A stretch of 64,000 nucleotides of DNA from an uncultured Paracoccus sp. (GTDB lineage Bacteria > Pseudomonadota > Alphaproteobacteria > Rhodobacterales > Rhodobacteraceae): the NCBI RefSeq assembly GCF_945915435.1, contig NZ_CAMEFG010000017.1, forward strand, positions 1,852-65,851, in the 5' to 3' direction. The notes under the pieces were generated by a model. It did no database searches and was not told the origin of the DNA. It worked only from the letters and a program-made list of their open reading frames with translations. Made by a program: the position numbers and the translations under genes. Below, one piece after another: positions 1 through 10,192 of the stretch (the stretch's first letter is position 1; every line of letters starts with the position of its first letter).

Positions 1-672
1 ATGACCCTGCCCTTCCCCCCGCGCGAAGAGATCGCGCGCCTGACCGCGCGAATGCTGTTGGAAATCAAGGCCGTGCATTTCAATGCGGCGGAACCCTACA
101 CCTATGCCTCAGGGTTGAAGGGGCCGACCTATATCGACTGCCGCAAGCTGATCAGCCATCCGCGCATCCGCGCGACCCTGATGGATTTCATGGCGGCGAC
201 CGTCATGCGCGACGCGGGTTTCGAGGCCTTCGACAACGTCGCGGGCGGCGAGACGGCGGGCATCCCGTTCGCCGCGATGGTCGCCGAGCGGCTGGCCCTG
301 CCGATGACCTATGTGCGCAAGAAGCCCAAGGGTTACGGCCGCAACGCGCGGATCGAGGGCGAGATGACCGAGGGCCAGCGCGTCCTGCTGGTCGAGGACC
401 TGACCACCGACGGCGGCAGCAAGCTGTCCTTTGTCGATGCGATTCGCGAAACCGGCGCGGAATGCGGCGATACGGCGGTGATCTTCTATTACGACATCTT
501 CAGGGGAACCGCGCAAAGGCTGAACGATCACGGGGTGCGCCTGCACTATCTTTGCACCTGGTGGGACGTTCTGGCCGAGGCCCGCGCACAGGCTGCCTTC
601 GACGAGGCGACGCTGGCCGAGGTCGAATCCTTCCTGGGCGACCCGCGCGCATGGCAGGCGGCCCACCCCTGA
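1..672 (+). CDS. pyrE: Orotate phosphoribosyltransferase
   Basis: PRTase motif [13 protein letters not shown]; [10 protein letters not shown] loop; YIDCRKL. Confidence 0.95.
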   Translation: MTLPFPPREEIARLTARMLLEIKAVHFNAAEPYTYASGLKGPTYIDCRKLISHPRIRATLMDFMAATVMRDAGFEAFDNVAGGETAGIPFAAMVAERLALPMTYVRKKPKGYGRNARIEGEMTEGQRVLLVEDLTTDGGSKLSFVDAIRETGAECGDTAVIFYYDIFRGTAQRLNDHGVRLHYLCTWWDVLAEARAQAAFDEATLAEVESFLGDPRAWQAAHP

Positions 673-742
673 CGCCAAAAGGCAATGGTCCAATCGGGGC
701 CGGTATGTGATAAGCAAGCCTTACGGGAATCGAGGGGTCGGC

Positions 743-2239
743 ATGAGCGAGCTGCGCGCGTTGGAGATCAGGAAACCATCCGAACTGGCAAGCGAGGCCG
801 CAGATCAGGCCGTTCCCTTCTCGATCGAGGCCGAGCAGCAGTTGCTGGGCGCCCTGCTGACCAATAACGAGGTTTTCGACCACGTTACCCGGATCATCAA
901 GGCGGAACATTTCTACGATCCGGTGCATCGCCGGATCTATGAAATCTGCGCGCAGCGGATCACCCGCAACGCGCTGGCCAGCCCGGTCACGATCAAGGCC
1001 TTCATGGAAAACGACCAGGGGCTGAAGGACCTGGGCGGACCGGCCTATCTGGCGCGGCTGGCGGCGGCGGCGATTTCATCCCATGCCGCGCGCGACTATG
1101 CGCAGATGATCCGCGAATTCGCGATGCGCCGCGACCTGATCGCGCTTGGCCATGACATCGCCGCCCGCGCCTCGACCGTCGCGGTCGAGGACAATGCCGA
1201 GGAACAGATCAAGGACGCCGAACAGGTCCTTTACAAGCTGGGCGAACAGGGCGTCGCCGAGCGCGGCTTCCAAAGCTTTCTTGCCGCCGTCACCGGCGCG
1301 TTGCAGGCGGCCAATGCGGCCTACAGCCGGGGCGGCGGGCTGTCGGGCATCGCCTGCGGGCTGGTCGATCTGGACAACAAGATGGGCGGGCTGAACCGCT
1401 CGGACCTGATCATCCTGGCGGGGCGGCCCTCGATGGGAAAGACCTCGCTGGCGACGAATATCGCCTTCAACGTCGCCAAGGCCCACCGCACGGGCGAATT
1501 GCCCGACGGCAGCCAGGGGTCCGTCGCGGGGGGTGTCGTCGGCTTCTTCAGCCTTGAGATGTCGGCAGAACAGCTTGCCGCCCGTATCCTGTCCGAGGCC
1601 GCCGAGGTCCCCAGCGAAGCGATCCGCCGCGGCGACATGTCCGAGGACCAGTTCCGCCGTTTCGTGCAGGCCGCGCATGACTTGCAGAACTGCCCGCTTT
1701 ACATCGACGACACCCCCGCCCTGCCGATCAATCAGCTTGCGGCGCGCGCGCGCAAGCTCAAGCGCACGATGGGGCTGGACCTGCTGATCGTGGACTACCT
1801 GCAACTGCTGCGCGCCGCATCCGCCAAGGACAGCCGCGTGAACGAGGTGTCGGAAATCACCCAGGGCCTGAAGGCCATCGCCAAGGAACTGGACATCCCC
1901 GTCATCGCCCTGTCCCAGCTTTCCCGCCAGGTCGAAAGCCGCGAGGACAAGCGCCCGCAACTGTCCGACCTGCGCGAATCCGGGTCTATCGAGCAGGACG
2001 CCGATATCGTCATGTTCGTCTTTCGCGAAGAATATTACCGCGAGCGCGAAAAACCCGCCGACCACGATCTGGACAAGATGGCGGCGTGGCAGCAGGTCAT
2101 GGAATCGTGCCACGGCAAGGCCGAGGTCATCATCGGCAAGCAGCGCCACGGTCCCATCGGCACGGTCGAACTGTCCTTCGAGGGCCGCTTCACCCGTTTC
2201 GGCAACCTTGAAAAGCATAGAAACTGGGACGCGGGATGA
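743..2239 (+). CDS. dnaB: Replicative DNA helicase
   Basis: SIEAEQQLLGALL N-terminus, Walker A GRPSMGKT, IVDYLQL, LSDLRESGSIEQDAD; ATG 743 follows a GAGGGG RBS. Confidence 0.97.
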   Translation: MSELRALEIRKPSELASEAADQAVPFSIEAEQQLLGALLTNNEVFDHVTRIIKAEHFYDPVHRRIYEICAQRITRNALASPVTIKAFMENDQGLKDLGGPAYLARLAAAAISSHAARDYAQMIREFAMRRDLIALGHDIAARASTVAVEDNAEEQIKDAEQVLYKLGEQGVAERGFQSFLAAVTGALQAANAAYSRGGGLSGIACGLVDLDNKMGGLNRSDLIILAGRPSMGKTSLATNIAFNVAKAHRTGELPDGSQGSVAGGVVGFFSLEMSAEQLAARILSEAAEVPSEAIRRGDMSEDQFRRFVQAAHDLQNCPLYIDDTPALPINQLAARARKLKRTMGLDLLIVDYLQLLRAASAKDSRVNEVSEITQGLKAIAKELDIPVIALSQLSRQVESREDKRPQLSDLRESGSIEQDADIVMFVFREEYYREREKPADHDLDKMAAWQQVMESCHGKAEVIIGKQRHGPIGTVELSFEGRFTRFGNLEKHRNWDAG

Positions 2240-2586
2240 ACTTGCCCGTTCCGGTCGTGACCATCGGGCTGCTGCTGGTCTCGAACATCTTCATGACCTT
2301 TGCCTGGTATGGCCACCTGAAATACAAGAGCGCGCCCCTGGCGGCCGTGATCCTGATCAGTTGGGGCATCGCCTTTTTCGAATACCTGCTGCAAGTGCCC
2401 GCCAACCGCACCGGGCATGGCTATTTCTCGGCAGCCCAGCTAAAGACCATTCAAGAGGTCATCAGTCTTTCGGTTTTCGCTGTCTTTTCATGGCTCTGGC
2501 TGGGTGAGCGGATGACATGGCAGCATGGCGTCGGATTTTCATTCATCTGCCTGGGGGCTTGGTTTGTCTTTCATGACTGGTCCTAG
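2236..2586 (+). CDS. Small DMT-family membrane protein (DUF486-like)
   Basis: SNIFMTFAWYGHLK, EYLLQVPANR and QLKTIQEVISL motifs; 4 TM segments; ATGA overlap with dnaB. Confidence 0.85.
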   Translation: MNLPVPVVTIGLLLVSNIFMTFAWYGHLKYKSAPLAAVILISWGIAFFEYLLQVPANRTGHGYFSAAQLKTIQEVISLSVFAVFSWLWLGERMTWQHGVGFSFICLGAWFVFHDWS

Positions 2587-3769
2587 AACGCCGCCGCGGC
2601 TGTTCACGCTGGTTGCCGTGACCGGCCTTGCCGCGATGTCGATGAACGTCTTTCTGCCCTCATTGCCCGGAATGGCGCGCTATTACGGCGTGGAATACGG
2701 GGTGATGCAGCTTTCCGTCTCGGTCTACCTCGCGATGAGCGCGGTCCTGCAACTGCTGGCCGGGCCGGTCAGCGACCTGTTCGGGCGGCGCCCGGCGATG
2801 CTGGGGGCGCTGGCGGTCTTTCTGCTGGCGACGGTGGGGACCCTTCTGGCGCCGTCGGCGGGCTGGTTTCTGTTCTTCCGCATGGTGCAATCGGTCGTGA
2901 CGGCGGGGATGGTGATCTCGCGCGCGGTCGTGCGCGACATCGTGCCGGGGGCCGAGGCCGCCAGCATGATCGGCTATGTCACGATGGGCATGGCGGTCGT
3001 GCCGATGGTCGCCCCGGCTTTCGGCGGCATTCTTGACGAGGCCTTGGGCTGGCACGCCAATTTCGCGATGATGGGGCTGCTTGGCCTGGCGGTCTTTGCG
3101 CTTTGCTGGTTCGACATGGGCGAGACCGCCAAGGACGGCGGCGTGCCCCTGCGCCAGCAGTTCTCCACCTACCCGGAACTGGCGCGATCCTGGCAATTCT
3201 GGGGCTATGCGCTGGTGGCGACGCTGACCTCGGGGTCGTTCTTCGCCTATCTGGGCGGCGCGCCCTTCGTGGGCGAGACGGTCTTTCACCTCAGTTCCGC
3301 ACAGGTGGGATATTGGTTCGCGGCGCCCTCGATCGGTTACGCGATCGGCAATTTCGTGTCGGCGCGGGGGGTGAAGGTGATCGGGATGAACCGGCTGATC
3401 CTGACAGGCACGATCATCGCCAGCCTTGCCCCGACCATCGCGCTGGCCGCCGACCTGGCCGGATGGCACCAGCCGCTGATCTTTTTCGGAGCGGTCGCCT
3501 TTCTTGGTCTGGGCAACGGCATGGTCCTGCCGGGCGCCAATGCCGGGTTGATGGGCGTCCGGCCCGAACTTGCGGGCACCGCCAGCGGCTTCGGCGGCGC
3601 GCTGATGGTCGCGGGCGGCGCCTTCATGGCCGCCATCGCGGGCGCGCTGCTTGGCCCGACGACGGGGGCCGCGCCGCTCCTGGCGATCATGGCGGCCTCG
3701 TCCATCGGCTCGGTCGTCATCATCCGGCTGGTCATCCGCCGCCAGCGCAACAAGATGATGCAGGGCTGA
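2573..3769 (+). CDS. Bcr/CflA-family MFS drug efflux transporter
   Basis: FLPSLP motif D, GPVSDLFGRRP motif A, about 12 TM segments. Confidence 0.88.
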   Translation: MTGPRTPPRLFTLVAVTGLAAMSMNVFLPSLPGMARYYGVEYGVMQLSVSVYLAMSAVLQLLAGPVSDLFGRRPAMLGALAVFLLATVGTLLAPSAGWFLFFRMVQSVVTAGMVISRAVVRDIVPGAEAASMIGYVTMGMAVVPMVAPAFGGILDEALGWHANFAMMGLLGLAVFALCWFDMGETAKDGGVPLRQQFSTYPELARSWQFWGYALVATLTSGSFFAYLGGAPFVGETVFHLSSAQVGYWFAAPSIGYAIGNFVSARGVKVIGMNRLILTGTIIASLAPTIALAADLAGWHQPLIFFGAVAFLGLGNGMVLPGANAGLMGVRPELAGTASGFGGALMVAGGAFMAAIAGALLGPTTGAAPLLAIMAASSIGSVVIIRLVIRRQRNKMMQG

Positions 3770-3778
3770 ACGCTTGCC

Positions 3779-3815
3779 TTTGCACCTTTGCAACGTCTAT
3801 CCATGACTTTGCAAA
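3779..3815. promoter_or_regulatory. Putative autoregulatory boxes of the RamB/PccR-type regulator (TTTGCACC TTTGCAAC ... TTTGCAAA)
   Basis: Three TTTGCA copies in a 59-bp intergenic gap; resemble the TTTGCAAA motifs described for PccR/PrpR-type XRE regulators. Confidence 0.55.
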
Positions 3816-3828
3816 AGCGGAGCAACCC

Positions 3829-5223
3829 TTGGCCACGCAAAAGATCTATGCCGGCGTCACCCTGCGCGAAACGCGTAAGCGCAGCCGCCTGACCCAACGC
3901 GAATTCGCGCAGCGGCTTGGTATCTCGCTGCCCTATCTTTCGCAGATGGAAAACAACCATCGCCCGGTTTCGGCGGGGGTGCTGCTGCGGTTGGCGTCCG
4001 AGTTCTCGGTCGATCTGGGCACGATGGCGATGGGCGATTCCGAGCGGATGGCCGTCGATCTGGCCGAGGCGCTGGCCGATCCGCTGTTCGACGCCCCGCC
4101 GGGGATGAGCGATCTGCGCCTGACCGTCACCAACGCCCCCGCCTTCGCGCGCGCCTTCCTGGACCTCTACCGCGCGCATCGCGAGGGGCAGGAACGCCTT
4201 GCCGCGCTGGATGAGGCCCTTGGCGCGGGCGCGCAAAACGCCACCCCCGCCCCTTGGGAGGAGGTGCGCGACTTCTTCCATTATTGCGACAATTACATCG
4301 ACGCCGTGGACCGCGCGGCGGAACGCTACGGGACCGCGGACGGCGACATGCCCCCGACCGCCCGCGCCATCCGCGCGCTGAACCGGCTTGGCCTGTCGGT
4401 CGAGATGGCCGAACTGGGCGGCGGGCCGGTATTCCAGCGGCAGGGGCGGCGTCTTATCGCGAATGCGGCGGCAAATGCGGAAACGCTGGCCTTCCAACTG
4501 AACCACCTTGTCGCGCTAGAGGCGCATGGCGACCTGATCGACGCCACGCTGGAGCTTGCGCGTTTCCGATCTTCCAGCGCGCGCGACATTGCCCGCCTGG
4601 GTCTGGCCAATTACTTCGCCGGGGCCGCGATGATGCCCTATTCGCGCTTCCTTGCCGCCGCGCAGGCCGAACGCCACGATCTCGAACGGCTGATGCACCT
4701 GTTCCATGCCTCGCTGGAGCAGGTGGCGCATCGGCTTTCGACCATGCAGCGTGCGGGGGCCAAGGGCGTGCCCTTCTTCTTCGTGCGCGTCGATCAGGCC
4801 GGAACGATCACCAAGCGCCACTCGGCCACGCGGTTGCAATTCGCGCGTTTCGGCGGCGCCTGCCCGCTGTGGACGGTTCATCAGGCCTTTGAAACCCCGA
4901 CAAGATTCCTGCGCCAACTGGCCGAAACCCCGGACGGCAAACGCTATCTGTGCCTGTCGCGGGACGTGTCGAAGCCCGGCGGGGCCTTCGGTGCGCCGAT
5001 CCGCCGCTTTGCCATCTGCCTGGGGTGCGAGATCGCCCATGCGGGCCAGTTGGTCTATGCCGACGGTCTCGACCTGGCCAATCCCGAAGGTTTCGAGCCG
5101 ATCGGCATTTCCTGCCGCATCTGCCCGCGCCAGAACTGTCACCAGCGATCCGTCCCGCCGGTCGGGCGGCCGCTGCGAATCCCCCCCGACCGCGCCGGAC
5201 CGCTGCCCTACGCCTTCGAATGA
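3829..5223 (+). CDS. Short-chain fatty acyl-CoA regulator (RamB/PrpR/ScfR family XRE regulator, PccR-like)
   Basis: N-terminal XRE HTH (LTQREFAQRLGISLPYLSQMENN), RFGGACPLW, C-terminal CRICPRQNCHQR Cys motif; TTG start after GGAG. Confidence 0.88.
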   Translation: MATQKIYAGVTLRETRKRSRLTQREFAQRLGISLPYLSQMENNHRPVSAGVLLRLASEFSVDLGTMAMGDSERMAVDLAEALADPLFDAPPGMSDLRLTVTNAPAFARAFLDLYRAHREGQERLAALDEALGAGAQNATPAPWEEVRDFFHYCDNYIDAVDRAAERYGTADGDMPPTARAIRALNRLGLSVEMAELGGGPVFQRQGRRLIANAAANAETLAFQLNHLVALEAHGDLIDATLELARFRSSSARDIARLGLANYFAGAAMMPYSRFLAAAQAERHDLERLMHLFHASLEQVAHRLSTMQRAGAKGVPFFFVRVDQAGTITKRHSATRLQFARFGGACPLWTVHQAFETPTRFLRQLAETPDGKRYLCLSRDVSKPGGAFGAPIRRFAICLGCEIAHAGQLVYADGLDLANPEGFEPIGISCRICPRQNCHQRSVPPVGRPLRIPPDRAGPLPYAFE

Positions 5224-5481
5224 CATCCGCGATTCGGGGGCAAGGCGCGACAACCGGCCGCATCAATTCCTGATATCCGGTAAACGGATTTACGCACCGT
5301 CACCCTGCCCGCCGGAATTTCGGCGATAGCTTGCCCGCCGCCCCGCGTGGTGAGCGACATTTCGCCAAACGGTAAAATTTTCTGCTCGGAATTGTTGCAA
5401 GAATGGAACGGGTCCGGTTTACCCCTTGCATGCGCACCGATCGGTTTGCCGGTCAGGGTAGCGCCCAATCAGATTTGGACA

Positions 5482-6783
5482 GTGACATTGCGCATCACCC
5501 ATCGCCTGAACGCGGTTCTTGAACGCTGGTTCCCGGAACAACGCCTGTTTCTCAAGTCGGAAAACAACGCCCGTTTCCTGCGCCTGCGTCCCCTGACGCA
5601 GATCTGCGCCATCGGCGGCGGCGTGGTGGTTCTGGGCTGGACGCTGGTGGCAAGCGCGATCCTGGCGATCAACGCGGTCGGCGAGGGTGGTGCGAAGAAC
5701 GAGGCCACGCAGGCCCAACATGCTTTTGAACAACGCCTGACCGCGCTTTCCAGCGAACGCGACGCCCGCGCAACCGAGGCGCTGGCGGCACAGGATCGTT
5801 TCTCGGCCGCGCTGGCGCAGGTGTCGCAGATGCAAAGCCAGCTTCTGCAATCCGACACCCGCCTGCGCGAGCTGGAATCGGGCATCGCCATCGTCCAGGC
5901 CTCGCTGCAAGAGGCGCAGACGGCCCGCGACATGGCCATGCTTCAGGGCGAGGGCGAGGGTGATGGCATCCAGGCAGGCAACCGGGTCGAGGAGTTCTCG
6001 GTCGCGCTGGACATCCTGTCGAACGAGTTGAAAGAGGCCGCATCCGCCCGCCTCAAGGCCGAACAAGAGACCGCCGAGGCGCAGCGCCGCGCCCAGGAAA
6101 TCGCGATGGACCACGAAAGGCTGATCGCGCGCAACAACGAGATCTTCACCCAGATCGAGGATGCCGTGAACGTCTCGGTCGAACCTCTCGAGGACATGTT
6201 CCGCAAGGCCGGCATCAATTCGGACGAGTTGCTGCGCACCGTGCGCCGCGGCTATTCCGGCACCGGCGGTCCGCTGGGATCGGCCACGGTCTCGACCCGC
6301 GGCAATGCCGAAATCTCGCAGGAAGAGGCGCGGGCGCAGGAAATCCTGATCTCGCTTGACCAGATCAACACCTACCGGATCGCAATGGACAAGATGCCGC
6401 TGGCGATGCCTGTGAAATCGGCCTTCCGCTTCACCTCGCCCTATGGCCGGCGTTGGGGCCGGATGCATGAAGGCATCGATTTCGCCGCCCCGGTCGGCAC
6501 GCCGATCTATTCGACGGGCGAAGGAGAGGTGATCTTTGCAGGCTGGCAGCGTGGCTATGGCAACCTGATCAAGATCCGCCACGCGCTTGGCACGGAAACC
6601 CGCTATGCCCACCTGTCTAAAATTCGGGTGAGTGTCGGGCAAAAGGTATCGCGCGGCGCATTGATCGGTGATATGGGCAACACTGGTAGATCGACCGGCC
6701 CGCATCTTCACTATGAAATCCGCGTCGACGGTCGGTCCGTGGACCCCATGAGTTTCATCAAGGCTGCCCAGAATGTTTTCTAA
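5482..6783 (+). CDS. Membrane-anchored coiled-coil M23 peptidase (LmdC-like)
   Basis: One TM segment, long coiled coil, HEGID and STGPHLHYE M23 Zn motifs; start uncertain (GTG 5482 or TTG 5488). Confidence 0.88.
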   Translation: MTLRITHRLNAVLERWFPEQRLFLKSENNARFLRLRPLTQICAIGGGVVVLGWTLVASAILAINAVGEGGAKNEATQAQHAFEQRLTALSSERDARATEALAAQDRFSAALAQVSQMQSQLLQSDTRLRELESGIAIVQASLQEAQTARDMAMLQGEGEGDGIQAGNRVEEFSVALDILSNELKEAASARLKAEQETAEAQRRAQEIAMDHERLIARNNEIFTQIEDAVNVSVEPLEDMFRKAGINSDELLRTVRRGYSGTGGPLGSATVSTRGNAEISQEEARAQEILISLDQINTYRIAMDKMPLAMPVKSAFRFTSPYGRRWGRMHEGIDFAAPVGTPIYSTGEGEVIFAGWQRGYGNLIKIRHALGTETRYAHLSKIRVSVGQKVSRGALIGDMGNTGRSTGPHLHYEIRVDGRSVDPMSFIKAAQNVF

Positions 6784-7270
6784 GACCCGTGTCACCGAAC
6801 CCGGCCCCCGCCAGCAAGGCGCTGCCGAACCCGAAGCGCCCAAAAGCCATGACGCAAGCCACGACCTGACCGCCAGCGCCCCGTCGCGCGTGCGCTCGGC
6901 CCCTTCGGTCCTGTCTTCGGACCTGACCGTCACCGGCAATATCAAGACCGCGGGCGACGTGCAGATCGAGGGCACGGTGGAAGGCGACATCCGCGCCCGC
7001 CAGCTGACCGTCGGCGAAACCGCCACCATCAAGGGCGAGATCGTCGCGGACGAGATCATCGTGAACGGCCGCGTCATCGGCCGCGTGCGCGGGCTGAAGG
7101 TGCGCCTCAGCGCCTCGGCGCGGGTCGAGGGCGATATCGTCCACAAGACCATCGCCATCGAATCGGGCGCGCATTTCGAAGGCTCGGTCCAGCGTCAGGA
7201 CGACCCGCTGAAAAACGGCGTCACGCCCAAGCTGGCCCCTCCGGCGGGCAACGGGCCGGACACCGAATAA
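6773..7270 (+). CDS. Bactofilin (polymer-forming cytoskeletal protein)
   Basis: MFSK N-terminus; beta-helix repeats (LTVTGNI, VQIEGTVEGDI, IAIESGAHFEGS); overlaps the M23 gene by 11 nt. Confidence 0.92.
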   Translation: MFSKTRVTEPGPRQQGAAEPEAPKSHDASHDLTASAPSRVRSAPSVLSSDLTVTGNIKTAGDVQIEGTVEGDIRARQLTVGETATIKGEIVADEIIVNGRVIGRVRGLKVRLSASARVEGDIVHKTIAIESGAHFEGSVQRQDDPLKNGVTPKLAPPAGNGPDTE

Positions 7271-7295
7271 ACGACGCTCGCACGGACGGACGAAT

Positions 7296-7321
7296 GGGCA
7301 GCCCCGCAAGGCTGCCCTTTT
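7296..7321 (+). terminator. Rho-independent terminator after bactofilin
   Basis: GGGCAGCC-ccgcaa-GGCTGCCC stem followed by a T run. Confidence 0.75.
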
Positions 7322-7325
7322 CATG

Positions 7326-8135
7326 TCATTCGTCGGGCATCAGCAGCCGATACATGTGCCAGCTTGCGTGACCCAGCACCGGCAGCACGACGAACAGCCC
7401 CAGAAATACCGGCAGGATCGCCAGGAACAGTAGCGCCGCGATCAGCACGGCCCATGCCAGCATGACCCCCGGATTGGCGAAAACTGCCCGGAAGCTGGCG
7501 ATCATCGCCGTGATCAGGTCGATTTCGCGGTCCAGGATCATCGGCAGGCCGACCACCGTGATCGCAAACAGCATCGCGGCAAAGCCCGCGCCGACCACCG
7601 CGCCGACCAGCAGCATCGCCAGCCCCCTGCCCTGCAACAGCAATTCCGGCGAAGAGGTGATGTTGGTCAGCGACGACAGCCCCATGAACAGGGCGAAATT
7701 CGTATGGGCGACAAAGACCCAGAACATGAACATCAGCAGGATCAGCATCGCCATCGAGGGCACCTGCCGATCCTTTTGCGCCACGACCGTGCCCAGGACC
7801 TCGCGCCAGATCAGGGGTTGGCCCAACTCGATCCGGCGGCTGACCTCGTAAAGGCCGACGGCGGCAAAGGGGGCGATCAGCGGGAAGCCGACCAGAAAGG
7901 GCAGCAGCCACCATTCTTGCCCCGACAGGAAGGCGACCGAGGCCAGAACCAGCCCGCCCGCGACGTAGAATGCCGCGAAGAACAGGCCGAAACCCGGCGC
8001 CTTCAGGAAATCCCACCAGCCAGCCCGCAACGCCTGACCAATGGCGTCGAAGCCCAGCCTTGCGGGATCGCCCGGCTGATAGGGCAAGAGATCCTGCCTT
8101 TCCCCGGCGGAATCGTCGTTTTCGCTTCTGGACAT
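7326..8135 (-). CDS. DUF2189-family integral membrane protein
   Basis: GFPLIAPFAAVGLYEVSRR and LPVLGHASWHMY motifs. Confidence 0.8.
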   Translation of the reverse strand: MSRSENDDSAGERQDLLPYQPGDPARLGFDAIGQALRAGWWDFLKAPGFGLFFAAFYVAGGLVLASVAFLSGQEWWLLPFLVGFPLIAPFAAVGLYEVSRRIELGQPLIWREVLGTVVAQKDRQVPSMAMLILLMFMFWVFVAHTNFALFMGLSSLTNITSSPELLLQGRGLAMLLVGAVVGAGFAAMLFAITVVGLPMILDREIDLITAMIASFRAVFANPGVMLAWAVLIAALLFLAILPVFLGLFVVLPVLGHASWHMYRLLMPDE

Positions 8136-8171
8136 GAGCCAGCCTCTCCTGTCATGGAAGGTTGGGCGGCG

Positions 8172-8663
8172 TCAGGCGAAACGCGCCCTGAGTGCCTGCT
8201 CGACCAGGGGGGTGACGAATTTCGACACATCCCCGCCAAGCCGCGCGATTTCCTTGACCAGTTTTGACGCGATTGCCTGACGGCGCGCATCGGCCATCAA
8301 AAACACCGTCTCGATACTGGCATCCAGCGCGCGGTTCATCCCAACCATTTGAAATTCATATTCAAAATCTGTAACCGCCCGCAGCCCGCGAACGATGACC
8401 GAGGCGCCGACATCCCGCGCGCATTCGATCAGCAGGTTCTCGAATGGGTGGACCAGCACCTCGATCCCCGCCTTTGCGGCAATGCCTTCGCATTCGGCCT
8501 GAACCATGCGCACCCGCTCATCCAGCGTGAAAAGCGGTTGCTTGTCGCGATTGATGGCGATGCCGATCACCAGCCGGTCAACCAGCACGGCGGCCCTCTG
8601 GATGATATCGACATGACCAAGCGTTATGGGATCGAAGGTGCCGGGGTAGAGACCAACTCGCAT
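8172..8663 (-). CDS. coaD: Phosphopantetheine adenylyltransferase
   Basis: YPGTFDPITLGH, RGLRAVTDFEYE, IASKLVKEIA. Confidence 0.96.
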   Translation of the reverse strand: MRVGLYPGTFDPITLGHVDIIQRAAVLVDRLVIGIAINRDKQPLFTLDERVRMVQAECEGIAAKAGIEVLVHPFENLLIECARDVGASVIVRGLRAVTDFEYEFQMVGMNRALDASIETVFLMADARRQAIASKLVKEIARLGGDVSKFVTPLVEQALRARFA

Positions 8664-8768
8664 ATGCCGTCCTTTTTGGGTCACATCATCGACCTGGAAC
8701 CGCAGCCCCGTGCCGCGCGCAAGATCCGTCGTGAAATCCGCTGCGTCAAGTGCCGTTTTCCGCGCGTA

Positions 8769-9206
8769 TCACGCGCCCATGATCATGCCGGTCAGCGCCT
8801 CTTTCTCGGCGTTCAGCTCTTTCAGGCGGGCCGAAACCACGTCGCCGATCGAGATCAGCCCGATCATGCCGCCCTCGTCATCGACGACGGGCATGTGGCG
8901 AAAACGCCCCTGCGTCATGCGATCAAGCACGCTCAGCGCATCGTCGCCGGTCACGCAGGTCACCAGCTTGCGCGTCATCAGATCCGCGACCTGGCCCTGC
9001 AAGCTGCCCGCGCCATTTTCGCCAAGCACGCGCAGAATGTCGCGTTCGGACAGGATGCCAAGCGCCGTGCGGCCGTTTTCGCTGACGACCACCGCACCGA
9101 TCCGCCGCCGGGCCAACAACTGCGCAGCCTCTTCCACCGTCTGATCGGGACCGATGGTCACGATTTCATCGCTGTCCTTCATGGCCAGAATCTGCTTGAC
9201 CAGCAT
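8769..9206 (-). CDS. CBS-pair domain protein
   Basis: Two CBS repeats (GILSERD, FRHMPVV, GLISIGDVV). Confidence 0.9.
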   Translation of the reverse strand: MLVKQILAMKDSDEIVTIGPDQTVEEAAQLLARRRIGAVVVSENGRTALGILSERDILRVLGENGAGSLQGQVADLMTRKLVTCVTGDDALSVLDRMTQGRFRHMPVVDDEGGMIGLISIGDVVSARLKELNAEKEALTGMIMGA

Positions 9207-9287
9207 TCCCACCCTCCTCTTTCTGTCATCGCCCGTCTCGGCTTCAGGGTTGCCGCAACCTCGCCGCGCGTCAAGAGGCGATAGGAG

Positions 9288-10181
9288 TCACGGCAGAGCC
9301 AATGCCTGCAATCGCGCCACCTCGGCCCGCACCCCTGCGATCAGGGCGCTGGCCAGCCGGTTCATCCGCCCCGACCGCTGATCGTCGGCATGACGCACCA
9401 GCCAGAAAGCCCGCGTGAGCGAAACCTGCCCGGTCAGCACCCGCCGCACGCCGGGGGCAAAGGGCAGCGCGAAGTCATGGACGATCCCCATCCCCGCCCC
9501 TGCCCGAATCGCCTGCAACTGCACGGACACCGAATTCGAGGTCAGCGCCGCCGCCTGCACCCCCGTCTCGGCCAGATAATCCAGTTCGGCATCAAAGATC
9601 ATGTCGGGAATATAGCCGATCATCCGATGCGCCCGCAGGTCCGCCACGTCCCGGATCGGCGGATGCGCCGCCAGGTAATCCCGATGCGCGGCAAGATGCA
9701 GCCTGTAATCGGTCAGTTTCTGCACCGTCAGCCGCCCCGTCCGGGGGCGCGAGACGCCGATGACCATATCCGCCTCGCGCCGGGTCAGGTTGAAGACGCG
9801 CGGCTGCGCAACGATCTGGATTTCCAGCTCGGGGTTCTCGGCGCAGATGCGCGCGCAGATCTGGGGCAGCAGGTAATTCGCACAGCCGTCCGGTGCGCCG
9901 ATGCGGAACTGGCCGGTCAGTTCCTTCTGCCCGGTCACAGCCTCGGTCGCGCCAAGCAGCGCGGCCTCGGCATTTTCGGCATGGGGCAGCAGACGCTCGC
10001 CCTCGGCAGCCAGCGCATAGCCCTGCGGCGTCTTGACGAACAGCTTGGCGCCAAGGTGCCCCTCCAGCCGCTGGATCCGCCGCCCCACGGTCGAGGCATC
10101 GACCCCAAGCCGCCGCCCCGCCCCGGACAGGCTTTCGGCGCGCGCCACCGCCAGAAAAATGCGCATGTCGTCCCAATCCAC
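9288..10181 (-). CDS. LysR-family regulator, divergent from mmsA
   Basis: WDDMRIFLAVAR...STVGRRIQRLE HTH; GTG start. Confidence 0.92.
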   Translation of the reverse strand: MDWDDMRIFLAVARAESLSGAGRRLGVDASTVGRRIQRLEGHLGAKLFVKTPQGYALAAEGERLLPHAENAEAALLGATEAVTGQKELTGQFRIGAPDGCANYLLPQICARICAENPELEIQIVAQPRVFNLTRREADMVIGVSRPRTGRLTVQKLTDYRLHLAAHRDYLAAHPPIRDVADLRAHRMIGYIPDMIFDAELDYLAETGVQAAALTSNSVSVQLQAIRAGAGMGIVHDFALPFAPGVRRVLTGQVSLTRAFWLVRHADDQRSGRMNRLASALIAGVRAEVARLQALALP

Positions 10182-10192
10182 GGCCTGGCTCC

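Noticed and set aside
3103-3828. Apparent 242-aa N-terminal extension of the XRE regulator
   Set aside because: Overlaps the MFS gene out of frame; the family N-terminus begins at TTG 3829 with an RBS.
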